64,000 bases of DNA, taken from positions 48,044 through 112,043 of the forward strand of contig CAMDUL010000004.1 of the NCBI GenBank assembly GCA_945878135.1, written 5' to 3'. This DNA comes from Chthoniobacter flavus (GTDB taxonomy: Bacteria > Verrucomicrobiota > Verrucomicrobiia > Chthoniobacterales > JACTMZ01). The notes under the pieces are model-generated. The model saw only the letters and a program-made list of their open reading frames with translations, was not told where the DNA came from and ran no database searches. The translations under genes were made by a program, and so were the position numbers. This document shows, in pieces, positions 44,745-55,112 of the stretch (positions are counted from its first letter, which is position 1; every line of letters begins with the position of its first letter).

Positions 44745-46325
44745 ATGAAGAAAGGAAAGTTCGTCCTACTCTTGCATGCGCATCTGCCCTACGTGAGGCA
44801 TCCGGAGCACGGGGACTTTCTCGAGGAGGACTGGTTTTACGAGGCGATCGCGGAGACTTATGTGCCACTGTTGCGGACGTTCGAGCGGTTGGTTGCGGAC
44901 GGCGCCCCGGTGCGTCTGACCATGTCGATCACCCCGACGCTGGCGGCCATGATGGAGGATCCTTTGCTGCAGGAGCGCGCGGCGCGGCATCTTGAGCGGT
45001 GCGTGGCGCTGGCCGCGAGCGAGGTGCGGCGGACGGCGGGCGACGAAAAGCTCAATGCCCTGGCGCGGTTTTACCGCGACCGTTTCGGCGCGGCGCGGGA
45101 TTATTTCGAGGCGCGCGGCCGGCGGTTGATCCCGGCATTCCGCGAACTGCAGGACGCGGGGTTTCTCGAGATCATCACCTGTGCGGCGACGCACGGATTC
45201 CTGCCCCTGATGGCCGGCTATCCGGAGGCGGTCCGCGCGCAGATCATGGTGGCGCGCGACTACCACACGAAATTGTTCGGCCGGCCGCCGGCGGGGATCT
45301 GGTTGCCCGAGTGCGCGTATTTCCCGGGTGTGGAAAACTATCTGCGCGAGGCCGATTTGAAATGGTTCGTGCTCGACGCGCACGGCCTGATGTTCGGACG
45401 TCCGCAACCGCGTTTCGCCATCCACGCACCCTGCTACACACCAGAGGGTCCGGCGGTTTTCGCCCGCGACCGCGATTCGAGCCGCCAGGTCTGGAGTCAG
45501 GAGGAAGGCTACCCGGGCGATCCGGCTTACCGCGATTTTTACCGGGATATCGGCTACGATCTCCCGCTGGATTATTTGCGTCCGTTCCTCGGGGCGGACG
45601 GACAGCGCAAATTCACCGGCCTGAAATACCATCGCATCACGGGACGGACGGGGGACAAGGAGGTTTACCATCGTCCGTGGGCCGAGGGCGCGGCGGACGC
45701 CCATGCGTCGGATTTCCTGGCTTCCCGTCTGCGGCAATTCGAGCCTCTGTGCGCGGAGATGCCGCTCGATCCGTTGGTGGTCAGTCCTTATGACGCCGAA
45801 CTGTTCGGGCACTGGTGGTTCGAAGGCCCGGAGTTCCTCGACCTTTTCCTGCGCAAAGCGGCTTACGACCAGACGCTTTTCGAGTTCACCACTCCTTCCG
45901 CTTACCTCGCAGCCAACGAAGTCCTGCAGGTTGTCCAACCCTGCGCGTCGAGTTGGGGCAACAAAGGTTATTGGGAAGTCTGGCTCGACCGTTCGAACGC
46001 GTGGATCTATCCGCATCTCCACGCCGCGGCCCGGCGCATGACGGAGATGGCGCGTCGCCATGCGCGCACGCGGGCCCGTTGGAAAGAGGACACCTTGCAG
46101 CAGATGGCGCGCGAGTTGTTGCTGGCGCAGTCGAGCGACTGGGCCTTCCTCATGCGCACGGGCACGGCCAAGGACTATGCCGCGCGGCGGACCAGGGACC
46201 ATCTGTTGCGGTTCAACCGGCTGCACGACACCCTGGCCGCCGGCCGGCCGGACAAGGATTTTCTCGCCGCCTGCCGGGAACGTGACAACATCTTCCCCGA
46301 CCTCGCATGGCGATACTACATTTAG
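44745..46325 (+). CDS. glycoside hydrolase family 57 1,4-alpha-glucan branching enzyme
   Basis: KGKFVLLLHAHLPYVRHPEHGDFLEEDWFYEAIAETYVPLL...ITPTLAAMMEDP...SPYDAELFGHWWFEGPEFL. ATG at 44745; alternatives at 44715-44727. Confidence 0.85.
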   Translation: MKKGKFVLLLHAHLPYVRHPEHGDFLEEDWFYEAIAETYVPLLRTFERLVADGAPVRLTMSITPTLAAMMEDPLLQERAARHLERCVALAASEVRRTAGDEKLNALARFYRDRFGAARDYFEARGRRLIPAFRELQDAGFLEIITCAATHGFLPLMAGYPEAVRAQIMVARDYHTKLFGRPPAGIWLPECAYFPGVENYLREADLKWFVLDAHGLMFGRPQPRFAIHAPCYTPEGPAVFARDRDSSRQVWSQEEGYPGDPAYRDFYRDIGYDLPLDYLRPFLGADGQRKFTGLKYHRITGRTGDKEVYHRPWAEGAADAHASDFLASRLRQFEPLCAEMPLDPLVVSPYDAELFGHWWFEGPEFLDLFLRKAAYDQTLFEFTTPSAYLAANEVLQVVQPCASSWGNKGYWEVWLDRSNAWIYPHLHAAARRMTEMARRHARTRARWKEDTLQQMARELLLAQSSDWAFLMRTGTAKDYAARRTRDHLLRFNRLHDTLAAGRPDKDFLAACRERDNIFPDLAWRYYI

Positions 46326-47854
46326 CCTTGGTCGCGGCCGTGGCGGCGGTATCCGTCCGCGCGGAAGACCCCGTGACGGAAGCGCCGGTCTCGCGCGGTC
46401 CGGAAGTCCGTTTCGTCCCGCCGGGAGCATCGGGCACGGTCAGTCTCGGTCTCTATGACGCCAGTGGCCGTCTGGTCCGCGTGCTTTGCGACGAATGGAC
46501 GTTCAACCGTTTCCGGATCGGATTGAACGGGCTTTCGACCGGGTGGGACGGCCTCGACGACCAAGGCCGGCCGGTCCCGGCGGGAACCTATGCCGCCCGG
46601 GGTTTTGTCGTCGGCAATGTGGAGGTGGCGGGCGAGGCGTTCCACTTCAACGACTGGATCGAGAGCGCCGATTCGCCGCGCATCGTCTCGGTCGCCGCCC
46701 AGCAGTTGCTGCCCGGCGGGGATATCCTGCTCGCCGCGCGGCTGGCCGGCGCGCAGGGCGCGTTGATCCGGTATTCTCCGGAGAGCGAGGCGCGCTGGCG
46801 CACGATGAAGAGCGAGTCGCGGACCCAAGCGGCTTCGGTCGCGCCATTGGCGGTGTCGGCAACAACCGCATTTCTCCTTCTCGACGGCAAGCTGCGTGCG
46901 GCGGGATTGGCCGACGGCGCGGAGATCGAATTGCCGGTCGAGGCCGCGGGGATCATCGCGGTGGCGGCGCGGAATGACCGTCTGGCTCTGCTCGAGGCGG
47001 GGCGCGTGCGATTCTACCGGATGCCGGACTTCGCCTCGCAGGGCGAGGCGGCCGATTTTCCGGTGCCGTTGAATTCCTTGGCCCTGCTCGATCAGGGCGC
47101 GGTGGCGGCCGGCGAGGACGGGTCGGTCTGGCGCTGGCAAGCCGGGTGGTCGCCGGTGGAAATGCCTGCGGGGGCGAAAGTCCGCGGTGTTTCCCCCGGG
47201 CCGGGCAACACGTTTTGGATTCTCGAAGAGCGCGCCGACGGGTCCACGGGTGTGGCGCAATACAATCCGGACGAGGGGCGGTTGGCCGAGTGGTTCCCCC
47301 GGCCGGAGGACGGCAAACTTGTCTCGGTCACGGGCACGACGGAGAAGGATTATTTCCTCGCGTTGCTGGCCGGCGGGGACACGCGGCGATCCGTGGCCAT
47401 CCGGCGCAAAGAAGCGGGTGGATGGGAGTTTGTTTTCGACAAGAAGATCACGAGCTGTGCGGACTTCGGATGGGCCGACGGGGTTTTGTCCGCTTCATCG
47501 AACGCCTTGCCCGAGGAATTGACCATCGAGGTGGCGGAGAATCCTTTGGATTCCTCGGTGCCGCGGAGTCTGACCTTGAGGGCGGTGGCCGACGGCAGCG
47601 GCACGGGCCTGGCCACGACGGACGGCTTGCCGTTGTTGCGGATCTCCGGTCAAGCGGGCTACGGCCGCGTCATGATGGTGGAAGGTCCGGCGCCGGGCAC
47701 CGCGCGGTTTTTCCAGGGCGACGGGGCGAGCGTGGAAGAATATTCGATCGCCAATCTGGCCGATATCACGGCGTTCGACGCGGGCACGATCGAGATGGCG
47801 GGCGAGCGGGAGGCGGAGACGGCGGCGGAAGAGGATGCCGGGGTTGAAGAATGA
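46307..47854 (+). CDS. secreted hypothetical protein (FlgD-Ig-like N-terminal module?)
   Basis: Signal-like MAILHLALVAAVAAVSVRA. GTVSLGLYDASGRLVRVL...WDGLDDQGRPVPAGTYAARG resembles FlgD-Ig/FLgD_ig folds. The remainder is unassigned. Confidence 0.55.
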   Translation: MAILHLALVAAVAAVSVRAEDPVTEAPVSRGPEVRFVPPGASGTVSLGLYDASGRLVRVLCDEWTFNRFRIGLNGLSTGWDGLDDQGRPVPAGTYAARGFVVGNVEVAGEAFHFNDWIESADSPRIVSVAAQQLLPGGDILLAARLAGAQGALIRYSPESEARWRTMKSESRTQAASVAPLAVSATTAFLLLDGKLRAAGLADGAEIELPVEAAGIIAVAARNDRLALLEAGRVRFYRMPDFASQGEAADFPVPLNSLALLDQGAVAAGEDGSVWRWQAGWSPVEMPAGAKVRGVSPGPGNTFWILEERADGSTGVAQYNPDEGRLAEWFPRPEDGKLVSVTGTTEKDYFLALLAGGDTRRSVAIRRKEAGGWEFVFDKKITSCADFGWADGVLSASSNALPEELTIEVAENPLDSSVPRSLTLRAVADGSGTGLATTDGLPLLRISGQAGYGRVMMVEGPAPGTARFFQGDGASVEEYSIANLADITAFDAGTIEMAGEREAETAAEEDAGVEE

Positions 47855-47900
47855 GTTGTCGCGGCGCCCGGTGAGCGCCGCGACAAGGAGCCGCGACGGC

Positions 47901-49478
47901 TCAGGCTTTCAGTTCCTCGCCGGTGTTGGCATCGGTGATGATGAACTTCTCGCGGTGCAAGGTCGGGTCGGGTTTGAAGGAGAGGCGTCCGCCGTAACGG
48001 CGTTCGATATCGACCAGCAGTTCCTCGTCTTCGGTGCGTAGGCGGTTGAGGAGATCGGGATTCACCACGACTTTGATCTCGTGGATGGTGTCGATGTTTT
48101 TGCGCATCACGCCGTGGAGGGCGCGCTGCAGCTCGACGCTCATGGTCATGGTGTTCTTGATCAGTCCGCGGCCCTCGCAATACGGGCAGGGGTCGAATTG
48201 CGACATGCGCATGCTCTCGGCGGCGCGCTGGCGGGTCATTTCCATGAGTCCGAGCTGCGAAATGGGCAGGACATGGGTGCGGGCCTTGTCGCGCTTGAGG
48301 CGCTGGCGCATGAGCTGGTAGACGGCCTGCTGGTCCTTGCGCGATTTCATGTCGATGAAGTCGGCCACGATGAGTCCGCCGATGTTGCGCAAGCGCATCT
48401 GGCGGGCGATCTCGTCGGCCGCCTCGAGGTTGGTCTGCGCGATGGTGCGCTCGACGTCCTTGCCGCCCTTGTTGCGTCCGGTGTTGACGTCGACCGAGAT
48501 AAGGGCCTCGGTTTCATCGATGACGATGTAGCCGCCGCAGGGGAGCCAGACCTGGCGGTGGAAGGCCTTCTCGATCTGCTTGTTCACGCCGTATTTTTCG
48601 AAGATGTGCTGTTCTTCCTGGTAGAATTGGATGCGCTTTTTCGAGCGCGGGGAGACTTGGGCGACCAATTCCTGCATGCGTTCGACCGAAGGGAGGTCGT
48701 CGCAGATGACGGCGTCGACTTCCTCGGTGAGGAAGTCGCGCACGGTGCGCTCCACGAGGTCGGGTTCCTCGAAGAGTTGGTAGGGCGAGCGCTGCGAATC
48801 CATGTTTTTCTCGATGTCGTTCCACCGCTCGAGGAGGAGGTGGAGGTCGCGGACAAAATAGCGCGAGCGCTGACCGGCGCCGACCGTGCGGATGATGACG
48901 CCCATGCCGTCGGGAATTTCCAATTCGTTGAGAATTTTGCGCAGGCGCTCGCGTTCTTTCGGATCGTCGATCTTGCGCGAGATACCGCATTGCGGGCTGT
49001 AGGGCATGAGGACGAGGTAGCGTCCGGGCATGCTGATATTGGTCGTGATGCGCGGGCCTTTCGTCCCGATGGGACCTTTGCTCACCTGCACCATGATGTC
49101 CGAGCCGGGCGGGTAGATGGTGGGGATATCCTTGGCCGTGATTTTCTTGGGCAGCTTCTTGTTGTTGGTGCGGCGCACCTCCTCGATGCCGCTGTCGAGT
49201 GCGGCGGGGATGGCGTCCCAGAAGTGGAGGAAAGCGTTCTTCTCGAAGCCGATGTCGACGAACATGGCTTTGAGGCCCTGCTCGATATTTTTGACGCGGC
49301 CCTTGTAAATCGAACCGACGATATTCCGGTCCGAGACGCGCTCGACATTGTATTCTTCGAGTTGTCCGTCCTCGAGCACGGCCACGCGTTTCTCGAGTTT
49401 TTCGGCGTTGACGATGAGACGGATGCCGCCACCGGATTTGGTGGGCAGACCCAGGAGTTTTTTGACTTTTTCGATCAT
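47901..49478 (-). CDS. rng: ribonuclease G (RNase E/G family)
   Basis: S1 domain VGSIYKGRVKNIEQGLKAMFVDIG...; GGYIVIDETEALISVDVNTG...; IGGLIVADFIDM. Confidence 0.9.
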   Translation of the reverse strand: MIEKVKKLLGLPTKSGGGIRLIVNAEKLEKRVAVLEDGQLEEYNVERVSDRNIVGSIYKGRVKNIEQGLKAMFVDIGFEKNAFLHFWDAIPAALDSGIEEVRRTNNKKLPKKITAKDIPTIYPPGSDIMVQVSKGPIGTKGPRITTNISMPGRYLVLMPYSPQCGISRKIDDPKERERLRKILNELEIPDGMGVIIRTVGAGQRSRYFVRDLHLLLERWNDIEKNMDSQRSPYQLFEEPDLVERTVRDFLTEEVDAVICDDLPSVERMQELVAQVSPRSKKRIQFYQEEQHIFEKYGVNKQIEKAFHRQVWLPCGGYIVIDETEALISVDVNTGRNKGGKDVERTIAQTNLEAADEIARQMRLRNIGGLIVADFIDMKSRKDQQAVYQLMRQRLKRDKARTHVLPISQLGLMEMTRQRAAESMRMSQFDPCPYCEGRGLIKNTMTMSVELQRALHGVMRKNIDTIHEIKVVVNPDLLNRLRTEDEELLVDIERRYGGRLSFKPDPTLHREKFIITDANTGEELKA

Positions 49479-49501
49479 GGTTTGAACAGGTTGGTTTTTG
49501 G

Positions 49502-51667
49502 TCAGCGGCGCTGCGGCGAAGGTTTCTTCTCCTTCTTTTGGCCGAGGCCTCCGAAAATTCTCTGGAAGATGTTGGGCTTTTTCCGTGCGACGCTGCCTTC
49601 GGTATCGGCGGCCGGACGCACGGTGGGGGCTGCCGCGCCGCGCGGGGGGCCCTCGGACGAGGCGGCGGCCGTTTCGCCGGGCGGGGCCGCGGCGAGGGCG
49701 GCGGGGACGGCGCGGCCGAAGTCGACGCTGGAAATGTGCTGGAAACTTCCTTTGGCCGGGGCGAGCGAAGCGATCTCCAGCGGGTCGCCTTCCTCGAGCT
49801 TGAAGGCGTCCGCGAGGATCTTGGCCGCGATGGGGGCGGCCACGCCGCCGCCGGACTGCGCGCCCTGCACGATGACGGCCACGGCGTAGCGGGGATTGTC
49901 ATAAGGGGCAAACGCGATGAACCACGTGTGGTTGTCCTTGACGCGTCCGCGCCAGAATTGCGCCGTGCCGGTCTTGCCGGCGACCTCGTATCCCTTGAGG
50001 CGCGCGGCGGGGGCGGTTCCTCCGCCGCGGTTGACGGCGTCCCACATGCCGCGGCGGACGGTTTCGATCTGTTCCGGGGCGAGGCCCTGCTCGCGCAAGT
50101 CGGCGCGGACTTTGACCGGCTCGCGGCGGATGACGTCGCCGTTGCGGTCGAGGACGCGGTCGACAATGCGCGGGTAGTAGCTGGTCCCGCCGTTGGCCAC
50201 GGTGGCGGCGACCATGGCCATTTGCAGCGGCGTGGTCAAAACGTAGCCTTGGCCGATCGAGACGTTGGCGGTCTGGCCGGAGGACCAGGTTTCGCGCGGA
50301 CGGTTGGCCCGGAGCCATTCGGGGCCGGGGAGGATGCCGGGTGCTTCCCCGGAGAGCGGGAGGCCGCTTTTCTCGCCGAGCCCGAGCATTTGCCCGACCG
50401 CGGTGATCTGGTCGATACCGGCCGCGTTGCCGTATTGGTAGAAGAAGGCGTTGCAGGACACGCGGATAGCGGATTGGAGGTCGAGGGCGCCGTGCGCGCC
50501 GCCCTGGGAGGCGATCCAGCATTGCATGAATTTGCTGCCGTATGACACGCCTCCGCGGCAGGTGAAGCGGCGCCGGTCGAGTCCGGCACGGAGTCCGGCC
50601 AGAGCAACCGGGATCTTGTAGGTCGAGCCCGGGGCGTAGGCGCTGAGGGCGCGGTTGACCAGCGGGTCGGTGGCATCGCCGGTCAGTTCGTTCCAAGCGG
50701 CGGCGGGGATGGCCGGGATGAAGCTGTTCGGGTCGTAGGAAGGCACGCTGGCCATGGCGAGGATGTCACCGTTTTGCGGATCGACAACGACGGCGGCGCC
50801 CCGGCCGACCGCGCGCAGGGCCTGCTCGGCGATGTATTGGATACGGGCATCGATGGTCAGCCGGACATCGCGGCCCGGCACGGGGTCCCGGTGGCTGACC
50901 TCGCCCTCGATGACGCCTTTGGCATTGCGCTGCAGGACGCGCGCCCCGGCTGCGCCGCGGAGGTCGTCATTGAGGGCCAGTTCGAGCTGCGCTTTGCCCT
51001 CGGGGTCGGGTTGGTAGTAGTTGAAGCGGGCGGCGTCCTGCTTGTCGATTTGCGAGGGGTTGCCGACATAGCCGAGGAAGTGCGCGCCGAGGGCACCGTA
51101 ATCGTAGCGGCGCACCGGCCGCACGGTGAGGTTGACGCCGGCCACCCCGATGTCGTTTTCCGCCAGGCGGCCCGCGGCGTCGAAGTCGAGATCCTCGAGG
51201 TAGAGGTAAGGGACTTCGGTGTTGTTGCGGAAGTGGAGGCGCAATTGGCCGGCGTTGTAATCGCGGGCCAGGCCGAGTTCGGCCAGGCGCGGCATGGCGG
51301 TTTCGTTGACGATCTTGACGATGTCGGGCTCGGATTTTTCGGTGAGCATGCCGCCCACCGTGGTGCGGTAATTGTGGCGCGGCACATCGCCGTGGCGGTT
51401 GCGGTAGTCGCGCACCATGTCGGGCAGGTAGAATTCCACCGCGTTGCTGGCGCGGTTGCCGGCCAAGGGAAGTCCGTGGCGGTCGGTGATTTGTCCGCGC
51501 ACCGCGGGGAGGCGGACATTGACCTGCGAGTTGCCGCGGAGGCGGGTCGTGTATTCCTCGCCGCGTGAGACCTGCACCTGCCAGAGCCGGGCGGCGAGCA
51601 GGATGAAGCAGGCGGCGAAGACGGAGGCGACGACGGCGATGCGGAATTCGTTCGAGCGGCGAATCAT
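49502..51667 (-). CDS. mrdA: penicillin-binding protein 2 (elongasome transpeptidase) with a long low-complexity C-terminal tail
   Basis: MIRRSNEFRIAVVA...; active-site motifs PGSTYK, SCN, KTGTAQ. The ATG at 51667 overlaps the mreD stop. Confidence 0.9.
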   Translation of the reverse strand: MIRRSNEFRIAVVASVFAACFILLAARLWQVQVSRGEEYTTRLRGNSQVNVRLPAVRGQITDRHGLPLAGNRASNAVEFYLPDMVRDYRNRHGDVPRHNYRTTVGGMLTEKSEPDIVKIVNETAMPRLAELGLARDYNAGQLRLHFRNNTEVPYLYLEDLDFDAAGRLAENDIGVAGVNLTVRPVRRYDYGALGAHFLGYVGNPSQIDKQDAARFNYYQPDPEGKAQLELALNDDLRGAAGARVLQRNAKGVIEGEVSHRDPVPGRDVRLTIDARIQYIAEQALRAVGRGAAVVVDPQNGDILAMASVPSYDPNSFIPAIPAAAWNELTGDATDPLVNRALSAYAPGSTYKIPVALAGLRAGLDRRRFTCRGGVSYGSKFMQCWIASQGGAHGALDLQSAIRVSCNAFFYQYGNAAGIDQITAVGQMLGLGEKSGLPLSGEAPGILPGPEWLRANRPRETWSSGQTANVSIGQGYVLTTPLQMAMVAATVANGGTSYYPRIVDRVLDRNGDVIRREPVKVRADLREQGLAPEQIETVRRGMWDAVNRGGGTAPAARLKGYEVAGKTGTAQFWRGRVKDNHTWFIAFAPYDNPRYAVAVIVQGAQSGGGVAAPIAAKILADAFKLEEGDPLEIASLAPAKGSFQHISSVDFGRAVPAALAAAPPGETAAASSEGPPRGAAAPTVRPAADTEGSVARKKPNIFQRIFGGLGQKKEKKPSPQRR

Positions 51668-52206
51668 GGTGTCAGCCGCCGGCCCCGCGGCGTGCCGGTG
51701 CGGAAAGCACCGGGCCAGAGACGGAAAAAGAAGTAGAAGAGCGGCGCGACAAACAGGGCGGCGAGGGCCGGCCCGGCGATGTGCCAGAAAATGGTGCTGT
51801 CGAAATGGAACGACTCGCGGCGCAGGCAGACCATGGCATAGCGGCCGGCTTGGAGCAGGAGCGTGAGAACCCCGCTGGCCAGGGCGTGGATTTCCCAGCG
51901 GCCGCCGGCGAAGGCGTCGCGCCAAGCCTGCAAGACGGTGCCGGCGAGAACATAGAACAACATAGTCCAGCCGAGTCCGATTTCAACGCGGTCACCCGCG
52001 ACGTGCATATCGGCCAGATCCGAAAGCAGTCCGCTCCACAGGGCGAATCCGAGCATGGCGGGGAAAGGCAGCCAGAGGGCGCCGTAGCAGAAGACAACCG
52101 GGACGAGGAGCAGCCGGGCGTTGGCGAAGAAGGGCAACGCGGGCAGGAACTCCTGCGCGATGATGACCAGGTAGACGGCGGCGAACAGGACCAGCGCGCG
52201 GATCAT
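51664..52206 (-). CDS. mreD: rod shape-determining protein MreD
   Basis: Small polytopic protein between mreC and mrdA. MIRALVLFAAVYLVIIAQEFL... Confidence 0.75.
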   Translation of the reverse strand: MIRALVLFAAVYLVIIAQEFLPALPFFANARLLLVPVVFCYGALWLPFPAMLGFALWSGLLSDLADMHVAGDRVEIGLGWTMLFYVLAGTVLQAWRDAFAGGRWEIHALASGVLTLLLQAGRYAMVCLRRESFHFDSTIFWHIAGPALAALFVAPLFYFFFRLWPGAFRTGTPRGRRLTP

Positions 52207-53009
52207 TTGCTTTCCAGGACGACGAAGACGTCCTCCAGTGTGGAGAAGTCCGCCGCGGGCTCGACGGTGGCCTGGCCGTCGAGTTCGCGTGTCCGGAATT
52301 CCTTGATGACCCCGAGGGGGATGCCTGCGGGGAAGACGCCTCCGCTCACCCCGGCGGTGAAGACTTTCATGCCGGGTTCCAATTTGGCTTCGCGCCGGAG
52401 AAAGTTCAGCACGAGTTCGGGCGCGGCGTTGCCGGCGGCGCGGCGTCCGCTGATGATCCCTTGTTCATCGGTCCCCTCGACGCGGGCGGCCACGCGGCAG
52501 TTTTCGTCGGTGAGCAGGAGCACGATGGAAAGATCCTTGGCCACGGTGGTGGTGCGTCCGACCAGTCCGCCGCCGCTGAGCACGGGTTGGGCCGTGTCGA
52601 GGCCGGCGGAAAAGCCCCGGTTGATTTTGACGGAGCTCCACCAGCTGTCCGTGTCCCGGCTGACCACCTCGGCCGGCAGGAGTTTGAAGGCGGCGCGCTC
52701 GCGGTATTCGAGGGCGGCGCGCAGGCGGCGGTTTTCGGCGTCGAGTTCGCCCCGCAGGTGGTGGGCGGCGCGCAGTTCCTCGTTTTGCGCGGCGAGGGCG
52801 GCGTTTTCCGCCTCCAGTTCGTCGAGGCTTTTCAGCCCCTTGTTGAGTTTTTCGATTTTGCCGCTGAGGGCCGAACCGGCCTGCAGCGCCGGGGTGGACA
52901 CGTCGAGGAACCGTCCCTGCCAGGCTTGCATGCGTCCGGTGGAGAACCCGAGAAAGACGAGCGAAACGAGCACGGCGACCGCCAGCAGGACGATGTTCAG
53001 TTTCTTCAT
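52203..53009 (-). CDS. mreC: rod shape-determining protein MreC
   Basis: N-terminal TM helix, coiled coil (ELEAENAALAAQNEELRAA), C-terminal beta domains GLVGRTTTVAKDLSIVLLLTD...GVFPAGIPLGVI. Confidence 0.9.
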   Translation of the reverse strand: MKKLNIVLLAVAVLVSLVFLGFSTGRMQAWQGRFLDVSTPALQAGSALSGKIEKLNKGLKSLDELEAENAALAAQNEELRAAHHLRGELDAENRRLRAALEYRERAAFKLLPAEVVSRDTDSWWSSVKINRGFSAGLDTAQPVLSGGGLVGRTTTVAKDLSIVLLLTDENCRVAARVEGTDEQGIISGRRAAGNAAPELVLNFLRREAKLEPGMKVFTAGVSGGVFPAGIPLGVIKEFRTRELDGQATVEPAADFSTLEDVFVVLESK

Positions 53010-53056
53010 CGGGTCGGGACCATGCGTGTCCGGTGTGGACCTCGGGGGGCGGCGCG

Positions 53057-54109
53057 TCAGGCGGCGACGGGTGTGCTGCGACCCATGCTGTTTTGCGCGA
53101 TGCTGCGGAGAACTTCGATCTCGCTGAGCACGCGGCCGGTGCCTTCCGCGACCGCGCTGAGCGGATCGTCGGCGATATGGACCGGCAGGCCTGTTTCGTC
53201 GCGCAACAATTGGTCGAGACCGCGCAGGAGGGCGCCGCCGCCGGCCAGCACCATGCCGCGATCGACGAGATCGGAGGCCAGTTCGGGCGGGCAGCGTTCG
53301 AGGGTGGTGCGCACGGCGTCGACGATGCTGTTGAGCGGTTCGGTCAGCGCCTCGCGCACTTCCTGCGAGGTCAGGGTGATGGTTTTGGGGAGTCCGGCCA
53401 CCAGGTCACGGCCTTTGACTTCCATGGAGGTCTCTTTGGGCAGCTTGATGGCGGATCCGAGTTTGATTTTGATGTCCTCGGCGGTGCGTTCGCCGATGGC
53501 CACGTTGAAGTTGCGTTTGAGGTATTGGACGATCGCCTCGTCGAGTTCGTCGCCGGCCACGCGCACGCTGCGGCTGAAGACGATGCCGGCCAGCGAGATG
53601 AGGGCGACTTCCGTCGTGCCGCCGCCGATGTCGATGATCATGTTGCCGGCTGCCTCCTGGATGGGGAGTCCGACGCCGATGGCCGCGGCCATGGGTTCCT
53701 CGATGAGATAGACTTCGCGGGCGCCGGCGTGGGTGGCGGAGTCTTTCACCGCGCGTTTTTCCACTTCGGTGATGCCGGAGGGGACGGCGATGACGACGCG
53801 CGGGCGCACCATGCGCCGGCCGCCGTGGGCCTTGCTGATCAGGTGGGCGAGCATGGCCTCGGTGATTTCGAAGTCGGCGATGACGCCGTCCTTGAGCGGA
53901 CGGATGGCCACGATGTTGCCCGGGGTGCGGCCGAGCATGCGCTTGGCTTCGTTGCCGACGGCGAGAACTTTATTGGTGCCGGCCTGAACGGCGACCACGG
54001 AGGGTTCGCGCAAAACGATGCCTTGGTCACGGACGAAAACGAGGGTGTTGGCCGTGCCCAAATCGATCCCGATGTCACTCGAAAAGAGGCCGAAGAATTT
54101 TCTGAACAT
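53057..54109 (-). CDS. mreB: rod shape-determining actin homologue MreB
   Basis: [30 protein letters not shown]...[20 protein letters not shown]... ATG at 54109. Confidence 0.97.
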   Translation of the reverse strand: MFRKFFGLFSSDIGIDLGTANTLVFVRDQGIVLREPSVVAVQAGTNKVLAVGNEAKRMLGRTPGNIVAIRPLKDGVIADFEITEAMLAHLISKAHGGRRMVRPRVVIAVPSGITEVEKRAVKDSATHAGAREVYLIEEPMAAAIGVGLPIQEAAGNMIIDIGGGTTEVALISLAGIVFSRSVRVAGDELDEAIVQYLKRNFNVAIGERTAEDIKIKLGSAIKLPKETSMEVKGRDLVAGLPKTITLTSQEVREALTEPLNSIVDAVRTTLERCPPELASDLVDRGMVLAGGGALLRGLDQLLRDETGLPVHIADDPLSAVAEGTGRVLSEIEVLRSIAQNSMGRSTPVAA

Positions 54110-54317
54110 GGGTGGTGCTGGAAATGGGAAAGCCTTGGACGGCTTATTTGTGTCCACCGGATCTCTCCCGGCGAAAGAACGGGTATTTATTCAGTTAGGA
54201 CAGAGGGGGTCAAGGATATTAGCTAGTGCCTCGGGCGGGTCGACAGCCAAGGTCAACTTGGGGGCTCGTTACTTAAGCAGACCGGTCAGGCGGTCCGCGA
54301 CAGGCCGGAAAACCGCC

Positions 54318-54346
54318 TTGACACGTTATTGAGATTGAGACACAAT
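54318..54346 (+). promoter_or_regulatory. putative sigma70-like promoter upstream of the PEP-CTERM gene
   Basis: TTGACA - 17 nt - CACAAT, about 80 nt upstream of the ATG at 54426. Confidence 0.35.
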
Positions 54347-54425
54347 CGCACTAACTTGGCGCATGTCTAAAACTGCCTCCGGTCATTTGGGGAGTGGCTG
54401 AAGACGTGTCATCTTAAACTTCACT

Positions 54426-55112
54426 ATGTTTACCCGATTCGTTTTTGTTCCGGTCGTTTTGTTCTGCACGGTGCTGCCGTCGGGGGCTCTTATTGTCCCT
54501 TTCACCGAGGATTTCACGTCGGGCAACGCGGGCTGGAGCACGGGCAACACCAACGTGGCGGCGGTTTGGTCGGCGACGGGCGGGGTGGCCGACGCCGGCT
54601 ATGTTGCTTCGACCGGCACCGTGTTGGCCAGCGGGTTCGGCGCCATTGTGTTCCGCGGCAATGCGTCGGCCGATGCCAGCGGTGATGCTTTTGTCGGGGA
54701 CTGGCTGACGGGAGGGGTGAGCGCATTCTCCGCGTTTGTGCGTCATGATGCGCCGACCTCGCTGAATTTTTACGCGCGACTGGATGCCGGTGCCGGGCGC
54801 GCCGGCAGCACCGTCGACTTCAGCGTTCCCTCGGGCACGTGGTTCCAACTCAATGTCCCGCTGGTTGACTCGCCCTCTTCGTTCCAATCGTTCGGAGCGG
54901 GCAGTTTCAACACGGTGTTCAGCGGCATCCAGAACGTGCAGATTGCCATTTCGACCAACCAAGCGCCGGCGGTGGTCGGCCAGACTTACAACATCGGCTT
55001 GGACCGCGTTGCCATCGTGCCCGAGCCGGGAACAATGAGCTTGCTGGTTCTCACGGCCTGCTTGGCCGCATTTGGCGCCTGGCGAAAGCTCCGCGCCGCT
55101 TCCCCAAATTGA
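54426..55112 (+). CDS. PEP-CTERM sorting-domain secreted protein
   Basis: Signal peptide. C-terminal VPEPGTMSLLVLTACLAAFGAWRKLR is a PEP-CTERM anchor. Confidence 0.85.
   Translation: MFTRFVFVPVVLFCTVLPSGALIVPFTEDFTSGNAGWSTGNTNVAAVWSATGGVADAGYVASTGTVLASGFGAIVFRGNASADASGDAFVGDWLTGGVSAFSAFVRHDAPTSLNFYARLDAGAGRAGSTVDFSVPSGTWFQLNVPLVDSPSSFQSFGAGSFNTVFSGIQNVQIAISTNQAPAVVGQTYNIGLDRVAIVPEPGTMSLLVLTACLAAFGAWRKLRAASPN

Noticed and set aside
43903-44868. Full 321-aa version of the C39-like ORF starting at 44868.
   Set aside because: The first about 100 codons are Arg/Ser/Pro-rich and overlap the divergent GH57 gene start region. The membrane anchor and peptidase domain begin after about residue 100, so a downstream TTG or GTG start is more plausible.
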